Source of the DNA: a bacterium
GTDB lineage: Bacteria > Babelota > Babeliae > Babelales > RVW-14
Length of the DNA stretch: 64,000 nt
Reading direction: 5' to 3'
Assembly (NCBI GenBank): GCA_016699045.1
Contig: CP064957.1
Location: 341,599 to 405,598 of the forward strand
Each line of letters starts with the position of its first letter. The first letter of the stretch is position 1. A program made the position numbers and the translations under genes. Shown here piece after piece: positions 1-9,477 of this stretch. The notes under the pieces are model-generated. The model saw only the letters and a list, made by a program, of their open reading frames with translations, was not told the origin of the DNA and ran no database searches.

Positions 1-1
1 A

Positions 2-256
2 ACCGTCGCTATTGAAAAAATTGAAGGCGAAGCCGGAACTCCATTGACCTTTTCTGAAGTATTATTCAGAAAACAAAGCGAAGGTCAATTTGAATTTGGC
101 CAACCATTTGTTGAGGGTGCAGCAATTAAAGCGAGCATCGTTAAACAAACTCAAGGTCCAAAAATCATTATTTTCAAATTCAAAAGACGTACAAAAAGCC
201 GCGTGAAAAGAGGCCATCGTCAGCCAATCACGGTTGTTCGAATCGAAAATATTTAA
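2..256 (+). CDS. rplU: 50S ribosomal protein L21, C-terminal part (5' end lies outside the window)
   Basis: The frame is open from the window edge. The translation ...FKFKRRTKSRVKRGHRQPITVV... matches the conserved L21 C-terminus (KFRRRK...GHRQ). Confidence 0.85.
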   Translation, partial: TVAIEKIEGEAGTPLTFSEVLFRKQSEGQFEFGQPFVEGAAIKASIVKQTQGPKIIIFKFKRRTKSRVKRGHRQPITVVRIENI

Positions 257-257
257 G

Positions 258-596
258 CTATTTTTGCGTAGAAAAAACGATTACATCGTTTTTCTCAGAA
301 GCTTCAAGGTGGGTGTAGTTACCGTACATTTGTACGTTGCGAAAGCCCACCTTTTCTAGTATCATCTTAAATTCATGCCAATTGTACCAACACAGCTGTA
401 CCGTTTTAACATAACTGGTCACCAACTGACTTTCTTGGTAAATCTCGTCCTTTAACCACTTTGTTTTTATTTGTTCAAAATAATTACGTTGAATAGCTTC
501 TGAAAGCGTTATCTGCGCTTTATCATAAGGGCGCGTTATTGAACGCCGCATCAACCACACACCTTGCGCTTCTTGCAACAGCTGAACGGGAAGAAG
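258..596 (-). pseudogene. remnant of a class I SAM-dependent methyltransferase (C-terminal half only)
   Basis: The ORF 258..578 has only a TTG start, and its frame stays open to 596. The ...LLQEAQGVW... and ...W..HEFKMILEKVGFRNVQMYGNY... pattern resembles the post-SAM-binding part of small methyltransferases. There is no room for the N-terminal Rossmann half before the divergent gene at 674. Confidence 0.35.
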
Positions 597-673
597 TTAT
601 ATGTCACACAAAAACTATGCGCAACAATCTTGCAAAAAGAGCATAACCTGGTATAACTTTTTTCAGTAAAAAC

Positions 674-1348
674 ATGAAAGAAAGATTTTATCTAGAGAAT
701 AGGTACATGATGATAAAAAAAATATATTTACTCTTTTTTTTGATTACAATATCTCCAATTTTTTTGAAAGCAGAAATTACTAAAACAACCATTAAAGTTG
801 ATGATGTTACCTGTTCTTACTGCATTAAATCGCTACAAAAGTCTTTTGCACAATTAAAAAATAAAGCACTAAAAAGTATTGAAAACAGAAATATTGATCT
901 GCAAAAAAAACAACTAACGCTCAATCTCAACTCAGGAAATGCACTAACATTCGACGACCTTGAAAAAACTTATGAATCAACAATTAATAACGCTGGTTAT
1001 AAATTTGCCCGCATCACCCACCTTGAAGCTATTGGCACCATCAAACACGATGACTTTGGTCATTATTTTAACGTCGATATAACCAACGACAAAATTTATT
1101 TACTCGAGCCATTCACCGAACAAGACACAACACAAAATCCTATCAAAAAAAAATGGTGGCAACGCATGCTCTTTTGGCAAAGCACACCAGAATCACAAGA
1201 AATGCCATCAACCAATCCTCTCAAAAATAGAATTACCAAATTGGCACAAAAACGTTCATTGCTGCGTATGAGCGCACCAGTACACCGCCATCCTGACAAT
1301 ACTTACGGTGTTTCAAATTATAATATGCTCAAAATTTTTATGGCCTAA
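674..1348 (+). CDS. secreted hypothetical protein with an HMA-like CxxC motif
   Basis: A hydrophobic N-terminus (MMIKKIYLLFFLITISPIFLKA) suggests the true start is at 707. VDDVTCSYCIKSLQKSF resembles a heavy-metal-associated fold metal-binding loop. The remainder is unrecognised. Confidence 0.45.
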   Translation: MKERFYLENRYMMIKKIYLLFFLITISPIFLKAEITKTTIKVDDVTCSYCIKSLQKSFAQLKNKALKSIENRNIDLQKKQLTLNLNSGNALTFDDLEKTYESTINNAGYKFARITHLEAIGTIKHDDFGHYFNVDITNDKIYLLEPFTEQDTTQNPIKKKWWQRMLFWQSTPESQEMPSTNPLKNRITKLAQKRSLLRMSAPVHRHPDNTYGVSNYNMLKIFMA

Positions 1349-1353
1349 AAAAC

Positions 1354-1941
1354 GTGCGAACCGAGCAAACAGAAAGCTTACGCCATGCTCAACGCATCGC
1401 CATTTTAGGTTGCAGCGGCACCGGCAAAACAACGCTTGCTCGCTCTCTTGGCACATTGCTCAACTTGCCAGTCCACCATTTAGATCGCTACTACTGGCAG
1501 GCCGGCTGGCAGGCACCAGACAAAGATTTTTTTCAACAAGTGCACCAACAACTCTGCGCTGGGCAACTATGGATTATTGATGGCAACCAAATACTTACAC
1601 AAGTTGAACGTTGCACGCGAGCCGACGTTATTATTTTTTTAGATTTTTCGCGGCACATTTATTGGTGGCGCGTTTTAACGCGCTGGGTTGCTTTTCGCAA
1701 CAAGCAACGCCCAGATCTTGCCCCCGGTTGTCACGATTCACTCAACCGCCATTTTTTGGCCTACATTTTAAATTTTCAAAATACCTGGCGGCCAATCGTA
1801 CTACATAATCTTGAAGAACAAAAACATACTGGCAAAACAATTATTATTTTGCGCAGCCCTCACGAAGTTGCTGATTTATTAAAAAGTTTAACGGTTACCA
1901 TCGTGCCAAAAAATCAGCTACCTCACCGGCCGAATGCATAA
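1354..1941 (+). CDS. P-loop NTPase, topology-modulation (FlaR) / adenylate-kinase-like family
   Basis: GTG start. Walker A motif ILGCSGTGKTTLA is present. The HLDRYYW..GW, W.IDGN and ADVIIFLD motifs are typical of this small kinase family. Confidence 0.7.
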   Translation: MRTEQTESLRHAQRIAILGCSGTGKTTLARSLGTLLNLPVHHLDRYYWQAGWQAPDKDFFQQVHQQLCAGQLWIIDGNQILTQVERCTRADVIIFLDFSRHIYWWRVLTRWVAFRNKQRPDLAPGCHDSLNRHFLAYILNFQNTWRPIVLHNLEEQKHTGKTIIILRSPHEVADLLKSLTVTIVPKNQLPHRPNA

Positions 1942-2418
1942 TAATAACGGGTACTTTTCGATCGGCGTGCTCAAGCGCCGCTATAACACGCGGCCGATAT
2001 TTTTTTTGATAACACCAGACGTACCAAAAAAATTTGAATGACAAACGCTCCTGGCAACCGTCTGCCAAATCAGCACGACGATAAAAACGCCATTGCCACC
2101 ATCGTTTAAAAATTCGCCATAAACAAACACGACGCGGCATATCGAGAAAAATAACAAGATCTGCAGCAACAACGCGATGCGGGATAGTTCGCACCTGACT
2201 CCCATCAATAATCCACTCATCGCGAGCACAAAGCTCGGCATGTATTTTTTTAAACCGATCATAATCACGCTCTACCCACTGCGGTAACCAAAAATACACA
2301 TCCAGATGATATACCAGTAATTTTAGTCGCCCCTCAAGTACTCGTGCTAACGTAGTTTTACCAGACCCACTACAACCAATAATTGCTATTTTTTTGTAGT
2401 CAAAATTTTTTTTACCAT
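1895..2418 (-). pseudogene. P-loop NTPase paralog of 1354..1941, with its N-terminus displaced by a frameshift in an A-run
   Basis: The listed ORF 1895..2299 lacks a P-loop. The P-loop (IAIIGCSGSGKTTLARVL) is encoded in the same frame upstream, at 2300..2398. The only ATG (2418..2416, MVKKILTTKK) is one frame off. The two frames meet in an A7 run (T7 on the plus strand, 2389..2395). Confidence 0.6.
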
Positions 2419-2583
2419 CGCATCATCCAATATTATGATTTTTTTTAAAGCCCAAGAACCATACCCAAAATCAAACTTTTTTGCAAAAAATTACATTTCT
2501 TTGACGTTCAATAATTTTTTTGGTAAAAATAGAAAATATAATCTTACGTTTTCAAAACCACAGATTTGTGGGAGGAAAAGATC

Positions 2584-2631
2584 ATGGTAACAACCGTCTT
2601 TACCGCCTGCTCTGACGTTCTCGTACGTTAG
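2584..2631 (+). CDS. candidate 15-codon small ORF (MVTTVFTACSDVLVR) upstream of the ABC-2 exporter genes
   Basis: A GGAGG motif at 2571..2575 lies 8 nt before the ATG. A short hairpin (cttgtt/aacaag, 2664..2681) followed by a T-rich tract lies downstream. Confidence 0.2.
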   Translation: MVTTVFTACSDVLVR

Positions 2632-2826
2632 CGACCAGGCCAAATCATTTACAAGCAGCACACCTTGTTTGAAAAAACAAGAAGCGTTTTATTTTTATTA
2701 TTCGTGTGTTCGCTTACTATTTATTTCATTTTTGTGTTATTAAAACAATAGTTATGTGCAATAGTCATGCTCATTTTTTTATGCGCATCGTCATTGTGCA
2801 CACATAAAAAAAACTAAGGAACGATT

Positions 2827-3579
2827 ATGTCGTCAAACGTACTGATTCGTATTCACAACGTCACCAAAGAATATGCAGACAAAAAACGCACCATCAAGGC
2901 GCTCAAAGGGATTAGTCTTGATATTCATCGCGGCGAAATCATAGGTCTACTTGGTGTTAATGGTGCCGGCAAAACAACACTATCGTCAATTTTGGCAACA
3001 CGCCACCCAGCAACCTCGGGCAGCATTTTATTTGAAGAGAAATCAATTTACGCCGATATCGCAAACTATCGCCGCATTATTGGCTACTGCCCACAAAAGC
3101 CCAATCTTGATCCTGCGCTAACGATTGAGCAAAATTTAGTATTTGCTGGGCGCTATTACGGCATGACCGAAGACGCTATTCAAATACGCAAAAATGAGCT
3201 GATGAAAAAATATGAACTCAAACAATATGCTGATTCATCATCATCAATTTTGTCGGGCGGTTACAAGCAACGCGCTATGATTGCTCGCGCACTCATGCAC
3301 AATCCACTGTTGGTAATTTTAGACGAACCAACCGTTGGACTTGATCCGCACATTCGTCATCAGTTATGGGAAAGTATCCGCGATTTGAAAAACGAAGGAG
3401 TTTCTGTGATACTCACCACCCATTATTTGGACGAAGCCGAAGTACTTTCAGACCGCATTTGCGTTCTGGATAAAGGGAATATCAAACTCATTGATACACC
3501 AGAAAATTTAAAATCGGTCTATCAAAAGAGTAATTTAGAAGAAGTATTCTTGCAATTAATGCATGAAGAAACACGCTAA
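2827..3579 (+). CDS. ABC transporter ATP-binding protein (ABC-2/DrrA-like subfamily)
   Basis: Walker A GVNGAGKTT, signature LSGGYKQR and Walker B LVILDEPTVGLD are present. Two ABC-2 type permease genes follow. Confidence 0.9.
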   Translation: MSSNVLIRIHNVTKEYADKKRTIKALKGISLDIHRGEIIGLLGVNGAGKTTLSSILATRHPATSGSILFEEKSIYADIANYRRIIGYCPQKPNLDPALTIEQNLVFAGRYYGMTEDAIQIRKNELMKKYELKQYADSSSSILSGGYKQRAMIARALMHNPLLVILDEPTVGLDPHIRHQLWESIRDLKNEGVSVILTTHYLDEAEVLSDRICVLDKGNIKLIDTPENLKSVYQKSNLEEVFLQLMHEETR

Positions 3580-3606
3580 ATTTATTTTAAAATTAAGGAA
3601 TTAATT

Positions 3607-4389
3607 ATGGTTACAAAACAAGAACATCGCTGGCTGGCTTACGCACGGTTAACGTGGCAATTGGTCAGAGCAGACATGACTATTTATAGCGGCATTGCCG
3701 TTGAACAAATCATTAATACGTTATCGTGGGTTATCCCAACGGTATTGGTAAGCGCTTACATTTTTCCACTTCTTGGCATTACAAAAAACTATGGCGCGTT
3801 TATGGCAATTTCATCAATTGCTTCTGCAAGTTTGTATGAAAGCTTTGGCGCCGCTACAACTTTTGTAAGCGATCTGGAAGGCAACCAAACCATTTCGTTT
3901 CCTTTAACATTACCAATGCCTTCATGGCTTATATTTGTACAACGGTCGATAAGCTACGTTTTTAAAGCATCAACAATCAGTTTCATTATATTACCGATCA
4001 GCAAACTACTATTATTTGATAATTTAAATTTGACACAGTTTTCATACATCAAGTTTGTCATTATCTTTTTTGCTATTCATATTTTTTCAAGCTTTTTTGG
4101 CTTGCTGATGGTGAGCGTGGTCGCTAGCATGTCTCAAATCATGAAAGTCTGGCATCAAATTATTTTTCCTCTGTGGTTTTTTGGTTGCTCACAATATCCA
4201 TGGAGCACGTTAGAACAATTGTCACCAAAATTGGCATACGCATGCCTTGCTAATCCATTTATTTACGGCATGGAAGGGATGCGCGCTGCCGTGCTGGGAC
4301 AAGAAAGCGCACTGCCTTTCTGGCCATGCGTCGGCATGCTGCTTTTTGTTTGCCGCACTGTTTGGTATCATCGCTATCAAACGCCTTAA
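3607..4389 (+). CDS. ABC-2 type transporter permease; the 3' end is probably frameshifted, with the true end at 4411
   Basis: A multi-TM protein paralogous to 4497..5285. After a T5 run (4343..4347) the +1 frame reads ...LFAALFGIIAIKRLKKRLDFV*, which matches the paralog's C-terminus ...ISIRRLKRRLDFV*. Confidence 0.8.
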   Translation: MVTKQEHRWLAYARLTWQLVRADMTIYSGIAVEQIINTLSWVIPTVLVSAYIFPLLGITKNYGAFMAISSIASASLYESFGAATTFVSDLEGNQTISFPLTLPMPSWLIFVQRSISYVFKASTISFIILPISKLLLFDNLNLTQFSYIKFVIIFFAIHIFSSFFGLLMVSVVASMSQIMKVWHQIIFPLWFFGCSQYPWSTLEQLSPKLAYACLANPFIYGMEGMRAAVLGQESALPFWPCVGMLLFVCRTVWYHRYQTP

Positions 4390-4496
4390 AAAACGCCTTG
4401 ATTTTGTGTAAGCTTGATTTTAACAACCAACAACGTTATGATGCCGGTCAGAGATGTGGCCGGCATTTTTTATGAATCCAGCATAAAGAAAAAGTT

Positions 4497-5285
4497 ATGA
4501 AAAAAATACAATCGTACGCTAAGACTTTTTGGTTTTTATGCAAAAAAGATCTGCTTATTTTACGAAAAAATATACCAAACTCAATCATCGATACTATCGT
4601 ATGGGCAATAAGCACTATCTTTGTTACCTCGTACGTTTTCCCATCATTGGGCATGACAGCATCTTTTGGCCCCTGCTTTGCCATTGGCGGCATGGCCTGC
4701 TGGAGTATATTTTTTGTATTTGATCATACCGCAAACTTTGTTTCAGATCTTTGCGGCGAGCAAATCATTGCGTATGAATTAACATTGCCCTTGCCATCGT
4801 GGTTGATTATCATACAAAAAGCATGTGGCTATACTTTTCTTACCAGTCTTCTTTCAATATTTATTTTCCCAATCGCAAAATTAATACTGTTGAGCAAGTT
4901 AGACTTGAGCCACTTTTCTCTTTTAAAATTCATCCCATTTTTTATTTTAACCAATTTTTTTTCTGCTTTTTTGAGTCTACTCATTTCCAGTATTTTACCA
5001 GACATGAGAAGCCTCAATATTATCTGGCCACGCTTTTTGTTTCCCATTTGGTTTTTCGGCGGCTCTCAATTTTCGTGGCATGCACTGAACAATTTTTCTC
5101 CCAAATTTTCTTATATCTGTTTATTAAATCCATTTATTTATATCACCGAAGGCTTACGCGCTTGCGTTTTAGATCCAAAAGATTCTCTACCATTTTTCAT
5201 CTGCGCACCAGTCGCGCTAAGCGTCACTGTTCTCTTTGCGTATATCAGCATACGGAGGCTCAAGCGACGTCTTGATTTTGTTTAA
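4497..5285 (+). CDS. ABC-2 type transporter permease (tandem paralog)
   Basis: Alignable along its full length with 3607..4389. Shared motifs include ..ELTLPLPSWL.., FPIWFFGGSQF.W and NPF.Y..EG.RA. Confidence 0.8.
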   Translation: MKKIQSYAKTFWFLCKKDLLILRKNIPNSIIDTIVWAISTIFVTSYVFPSLGMTASFGPCFAIGGMACWSIFFVFDHTANFVSDLCGEQIIAYELTLPLPSWLIIIQKACGYTFLTSLLSIFIFPIAKLILLSKLDLSHFSLLKFIPFFILTNFFSAFLSLLISSILPDMRSLNIIWPRFLFPIWFFGGSQFSWHALNNFSPKFSYICLLNPFIYITEGLRACVLDPKDSLPFFICAPVALSVTVLFAYISIRRLKRRLDFV

Positions 5286-5311
5286 ATAAAATCTAAAAAA
5301 AGGAGATTATT

Positions 5312-6925
5312 ATGAAGACATCAAAAAGAATAACTAGCTTTTTCTCTTTCGCATTTTCATGCCAGCTCTTAGTACACGCAAATACCCCTCCAGCCCCAAC
5401 ACTCAACGAATTTAATCCAAACTTCAAAGATTTTTCCATTGAAACATTGCAGCCAATCAACAACGCCAGCTTTTCATTAATGCACGACATTGTCAATTTT
5501 GAAGCACTCGAAAAAGACGAAGACGCTCGTATTTCAACTCAACGAGAAATTGCTTACGTTCGTGAAGGGCAAGATCTTTCTGCGGGCGAAATTAATGCGG
5601 TCAAAAAGCGCTTGCCACGCGTCAGAAATTGTATTGAAAATATTGTATCTGAAAGACTCTCGTACAAGCATCTTCCTAATATCAGCGTCATTGCCAGCGG
5701 CGGCGGCTACCGCGCCACGATTGCAACACTTGGCCTTACCAAAGGCCTTCAAAATATCGACATGCTGGATGCGATAATGTACATGGCAACGCTGTCAGGC
5801 TCGACCTGGTTTTTAGGCAACTGGATGGCACAAAATATTCCCTTAAAACTTCTTCAGCCCTTACTCCAAGATCAAATAGCAACACATTTACTCACCACCC
5901 CACTCAGCCTTGAAGCGGTTTATAGAACTTTGTATAAAAAAATCAAACACGAACAAGATACAAGCCTTGTCGATATCTGGGGCATTTTACTCGCAAATGC
6001 CTTCATGCGTAATTTAACACCAGGCGGACGAAAAATATACCTTTCTGAATTGGCAGTCAATTTGGAAACCGGCAATTTTCCGGTTCCAATTTTTACTTCA
6101 ATAGGAACCTTTTACGAAAACTACGCATGGTTTGAATACTCTCCCTTTGAAATAGGCTCGCACGAACTAAATGCTTTTATTCCAACCAAAGCCTTTAATA
6201 GCACCTTTGAAAATGGCGTTGCCACATCAGTTGATTCAGAACAAACTTTTGGTTACTTGATGGGCATTTTTGGTTCGGCATTTTCAGTCAATGCTCGTGA
6301 CTTAATAAGAATTTTTAAAGATAACTTTACCAGCACAGCATTAGCTTCGACACTTGAAAAAATTGCCAACGTAACGCACGTAGGCGGTTGGCGCGCAACT
6401 GCCGCAAAAATCCGTAATTTTACCTACGGTATGCGCTCTCAAGCAATGCGAAACGAAAAACATCTCACACTGATGGATGGCGGCATTGGGTTTAACTTAC
6501 CGCTCCCGCCAATGCTACGCCGCGATGTCGATATTTATATTTTCTGCGATGCATCAATGGGCGGAAAAATAGGCGATGAGTTGAAAAAAGCCATAGACTA
6601 CGCACAAAAAAATGGGCATAAATTTCCACGCATTGATTATACAAAACTTGATGAACAACGTGTTTCAATTTTTATGGATTCTCATGACATGACCATACCA
6701 ATTGTTGTATACGTTCCCAATGAACTTGACTACCCTACCAGCAAGTTTGAGTACACCCCAACCGAATTTGCGCGTTTAAGTACCCATATGAGTAAAGCTA
6801 TTGAAGACAACCAAGATGCTCTTTTTGAGGCAGTAAAAATCAAAGTAAAACATTTGCAAAAAATGCACCGCTCTCTCTCATGGAATACTCATTCTGAGGA
6901 AAAACCGGCACCAGCTACCGCTTAA
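5312..6925 (+). CDS. secreted cytosolic-phospholipase-A2-like (PLAc / lysophospholipase catalytic domain) protein
   Basis: Has a signal peptide. ASGGGYRA (GGGxR oxyanion/arginine motif), ATLSGSTW (the GLSGSTW nucleophile motif of cPLA2) and MDGGIGFNLPLPP (the catalytic Asp motif DxG..FNLP) occur in the same order as in eukaryotic cPLA2. Confidence 0.75.
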   Translation: MKTSKRITSFFSFAFSCQLLVHANTPPAPTLNEFNPNFKDFSIETLQPINNASFSLMHDIVNFEALEKDEDARISTQREIAYVREGQDLSAGEINAVKKRLPRVRNCIENIVSERLSYKHLPNISVIASGGGYRATIATLGLTKGLQNIDMLDAIMYMATLSGSTWFLGNWMAQNIPLKLLQPLLQDQIATHLLTTPLSLEAVYRTLYKKIKHEQDTSLVDIWGILLANAFMRNLTPGGRKIYLSELAVNLETGNFPVPIFTSIGTFYENYAWFEYSPFEIGSHELNAFIPTKAFNSTFENGVATSVDSEQTFGYLMGIFGSAFSVNARDLIRIFKDNFTSTALASTLEKIANVTHVGGWRATAAKIRNFTYGMRSQAMRNEKHLTLMDGGIGFNLPLPPMLRRDVDIYIFCDASMGGKIGDELKKAIDYAQKNGHKFPRIDYTKLDEQRVSIFMDSHDMTIPIVVYVPNELDYPTSKFEYTPTEFARLSTHMSKAIEDNQDALFEAVKIKVKHLQKMHRSLSWNTHSEEKPAPATA

Positions 6926-8757
6926 TCATCAAACGACTCATTCCCAACCAACAAGCTTCGATAGTAAGCAGATTGTTTTTCAAGCTGCTCATGCGACACA
7001 AAGCGCAATTCTTTGTCACGAGCAAGTAATGAAAAATCAAGCAACCCTACCGCACGATCCAACGTTTTAAGTCGATGCGCAATAACGATAGTCACTGCAT
7101 TTTCAGCCAAAAAGGCAATCATATCAGTGATTGCCTTTTCACTCATTTCATCAAGACTACTCGTTGGTTCATCAATCAAAATAAGATGTGGTTTAAAATG
7201 CATGGCACGCAAATACAAATTAGTAAAATTAAGCCGTTGGCGTTGACCGCCAGACAACGTAAAGCCACCCTCGCCAACAAATGTTGTCAACCCTTGTTTT
7301 TTTTCAAACAGCGACCACAACCCAACTTTTTCTAACAACTCACAAACTTGATCATCACTATAAAGATTGGTATTGGCGGGCAACCCAAACAAAACATTAT
7401 GTTTTACGGTTCCGCGAATGCTAGTTGCTACTTGACATTGCACGGCAATGAGGCGCCGACGCGCCATGTCATCAATTTGATAAATATCAACATTATCAAC
7501 AAAAATTTTGCCAGCAGTTGGACGCAGCTGCGCACCTAAAATTGAAAACAACGTGCTTTTCCCAATACCTGAAGGCCCAATCACACCATAAAGCTTATTC
7601 ATTTGCGTAGACGCAACATCAAGCTTCAACGTATGTCCTTCAAAAATTTTTGTCGTTGCATCGTAATCAAAAAAGATATCGAGAGCCTGAAGCGAAAATT
7701 GCGGCCGCGGAACTTGCGTAATAGTTAAATGACAGTTGGCTTCAACCATTTGCAAAACAGGATACGTTTGTTTACCAAATTCATGAACGTAAGAAAACAA
7801 GTCACTGATTCTTGTTGAATACGTTAAAATTTTACGAATCGGTTTTTCAACTTTAACAATTTCGTGCGTACCACGCAAGTACATCAACAAAAGCGAAAAC
7901 CCCAATGCTGCCTCAAGTTGCCCACTTTTTACCAACGAAAGTAACCAGGCACCAATCACAAAAATACTACTCACATAAAGAATTTTTATAAAAGCATAAA
8001 TGTAGTTGTACAGAAACCATAACTTACCTTCTTTATGCATCAAGCGCTTATCTTTTTCACACAAACGTTCATCAACTTCATTGGACGCAAAACAAGTCCG
8101 AATAAGATTATTTTGCGCTAAATTTTCAACACCAACAGAGCGGGATCTGTCTGCCACACGAATCAATTTTTTTTCGTACGGAACAATAATAAGCTTGGCG
8201 GCAATCGCACCAACCACCATAATGATGGTCAGCAAAAACCCCGCACACAAACCCAGTAACCACAAATAACAGGTAAGCGAAACAACAACAGTAACAACGC
8301 CCACTACCATTTGTAAAATTTCAGCAATAACCGCATCAAGAAAATCTTCATACCCTTTTGACGCTCTCTCTATTTTTCCCAAAATGGTACCACTTGATCG
8401 ACGTGCGTGATAAATAGGATCAACTTGTAAAAAGAATTGATGCGCTCGATAATGAACGCTGTGAACACAATTCAGCTGCACAACGCTGTTAAATAAACGC
8501 GAGACAAGCTGAATGCCATAAACTCCCACCCACACCAAAAATAAATACCCAAAATAATCATAGCGCTGGATTGAAAAAATCCATCCGATTAACAAAATAG
8601 CTATTGGCCGAAATGCCGATGCAATAATTTCACCAATCAATGCACACGACAAATAGCCCTTTTGATCGACAATAACTTGCCACCACGGCTTTTCAAAATC
8701 TATCGCTAAAAGATTCAATTTTTTTTTAAAACTATCAATAAAAAAATACGCATTCAC
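6922..8757 (-). CDS. ABC exporter, fused permease/ATPase (MsbA/type I exporter-like)
   Basis: An N-terminal 6-TM domain is followed by Walker A GPSGIGKST, signature LSGGQRQR and Walker B LILIDEPTSSLD. Confidence 0.9.
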   Translation of the reverse strand: MNAYFFIDSFKKKLNLLAIDFEKPWWQVIVDQKGYLSCALIGEIIASAFRPIAILLIGWIFSIQRYDYFGYLFLVWVGVYGIQLVSRLFNSVVQLNCVHSVHYRAHQFFLQVDPIYHARRSSGTILGKIERASKGYEDFLDAVIAEILQMVVGVVTVVVSLTCYLWLLGLCAGFLLTIIMVVGAIAAKLIIVPYEKKLIRVADRSRSVGVENLAQNNLIRTCFASNEVDERLCEKDKRLMHKEGKLWFLYNYIYAFIKILYVSSIFVIGAWLLSLVKSGQLEAALGFSLLLMYLRGTHEIVKVEKPIRKILTYSTRISDLFSYVHEFGKQTYPVLQMVEANCHLTITQVPRPQFSLQALDIFFDYDATTKIFEGHTLKLDVASTQMNKLYGVIGPSGIGKSTLFSILGAQLRPTAGKIFVDNVDIYQIDDMARRRLIAVQCQVATSIRGTVKHNVLFGLPANTNLYSDDQVCELLEKVGLWSLFEKKQGLTTFVGEGGFTLSGGQRQRLNFTNLYLRAMHFKPHLILIDEPTSSLDEMSEKAITDMIAFLAENAVTIVIAHRLKTLDRAVGLLDFSLLARDKELRFVSHEQLEKQSAYYRSLLVGNESFDD

Positions 8758-8862
8758 CAGCTCCCTTTCTTTATGCTAAAGCTTGTTAATAAGCCTGGTA
8801 AAGCATAAGAAAAAGAACGGTGAATGCTCAATAATTCTTAAAAAAACAGATTTCTTGCAGCT

Positions 8863-9432
8863 CTACCCGCCAGAACGTTGGTAAGTTCCCATCAATTGAC
8901 CAAAACCAAGAACGCTCCCTTTCATAGCTTCTTCAATCGTTTTTTTAGTAGCACCTGGCGCAAGATCAAGCTTCTTTGAAAGAGCATAGATTTTAAAAAA
9001 ATAGCGATGTACCCCAGAAGGCGGACACGGCCCGCCATAACCAATTTTACCAAAATCAGTTTTGCCTTGCCGCATCCCATTTTCAAACGCTTCCTTACCT
9101 TGTTCAATATTTTCAGGCAATCTTGTTATTTCTGCAGGGATATTAAATATCACCCAGTGAACCCATGTTTTGCCAGGAGCATCAGGGTCATCACAAATCA
9201 ACACAAAACTTTCCGTGCCTTGCGGCGCTCCTGCCCACGATAACGATGGCGATATATTGTTCGCATCACAAGTATACTGTGGTGGAATTGGCTGCCCCTC
9301 TTTAAACGCAGTACTTTCTACGGACAATGTTTCTGATGAAACGTTCATGTCTTCTCCCTGCGCCAATAATCCATAAAAACCAAATCCCACCACAACATAA
9401 CAAATCTGAACAATCGTACGATTTAAGTGCAT
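8863..9432 (-). CDS. PEBP / YbhB-YbcL family (Raf-kinase-inhibitor-like) protein with a signal peptide
   Basis: Family signatures are DDPDAP..W.HW...NIP and GY.GPCPP.G.HRY.F..YAL. Confidence 0.85.
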   Translation of the reverse strand: MHLNRTIVQICYVVVGFGFYGLLAQGEDMNVSSETLSVESTAFKEGQPIPPQYTCDANNISPSLSWAGAPQGTESFVLICDDPDAPGKTWVHWVIFNIPAEITRLPENIEQGKEAFENGMRQGKTDFGKIGYGGPCPPSGVHRYFFKIYALSKKLDLAPGATKKTIEEAMKGSVLGFGQLMGTYQRSGG

Positions 9433-9477
9433 CCCACGCCCCCTCCGTTTTATTAATACAATACCCTAAATCAATTT

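Noticed and set aside
4448-4693. An 81-aa minus-strand ORF overlaps the start of the second permease gene.
   Set aside because: It overlaps a well-supported plus-strand permease, has no motif or SD support, and probably arose by chance.
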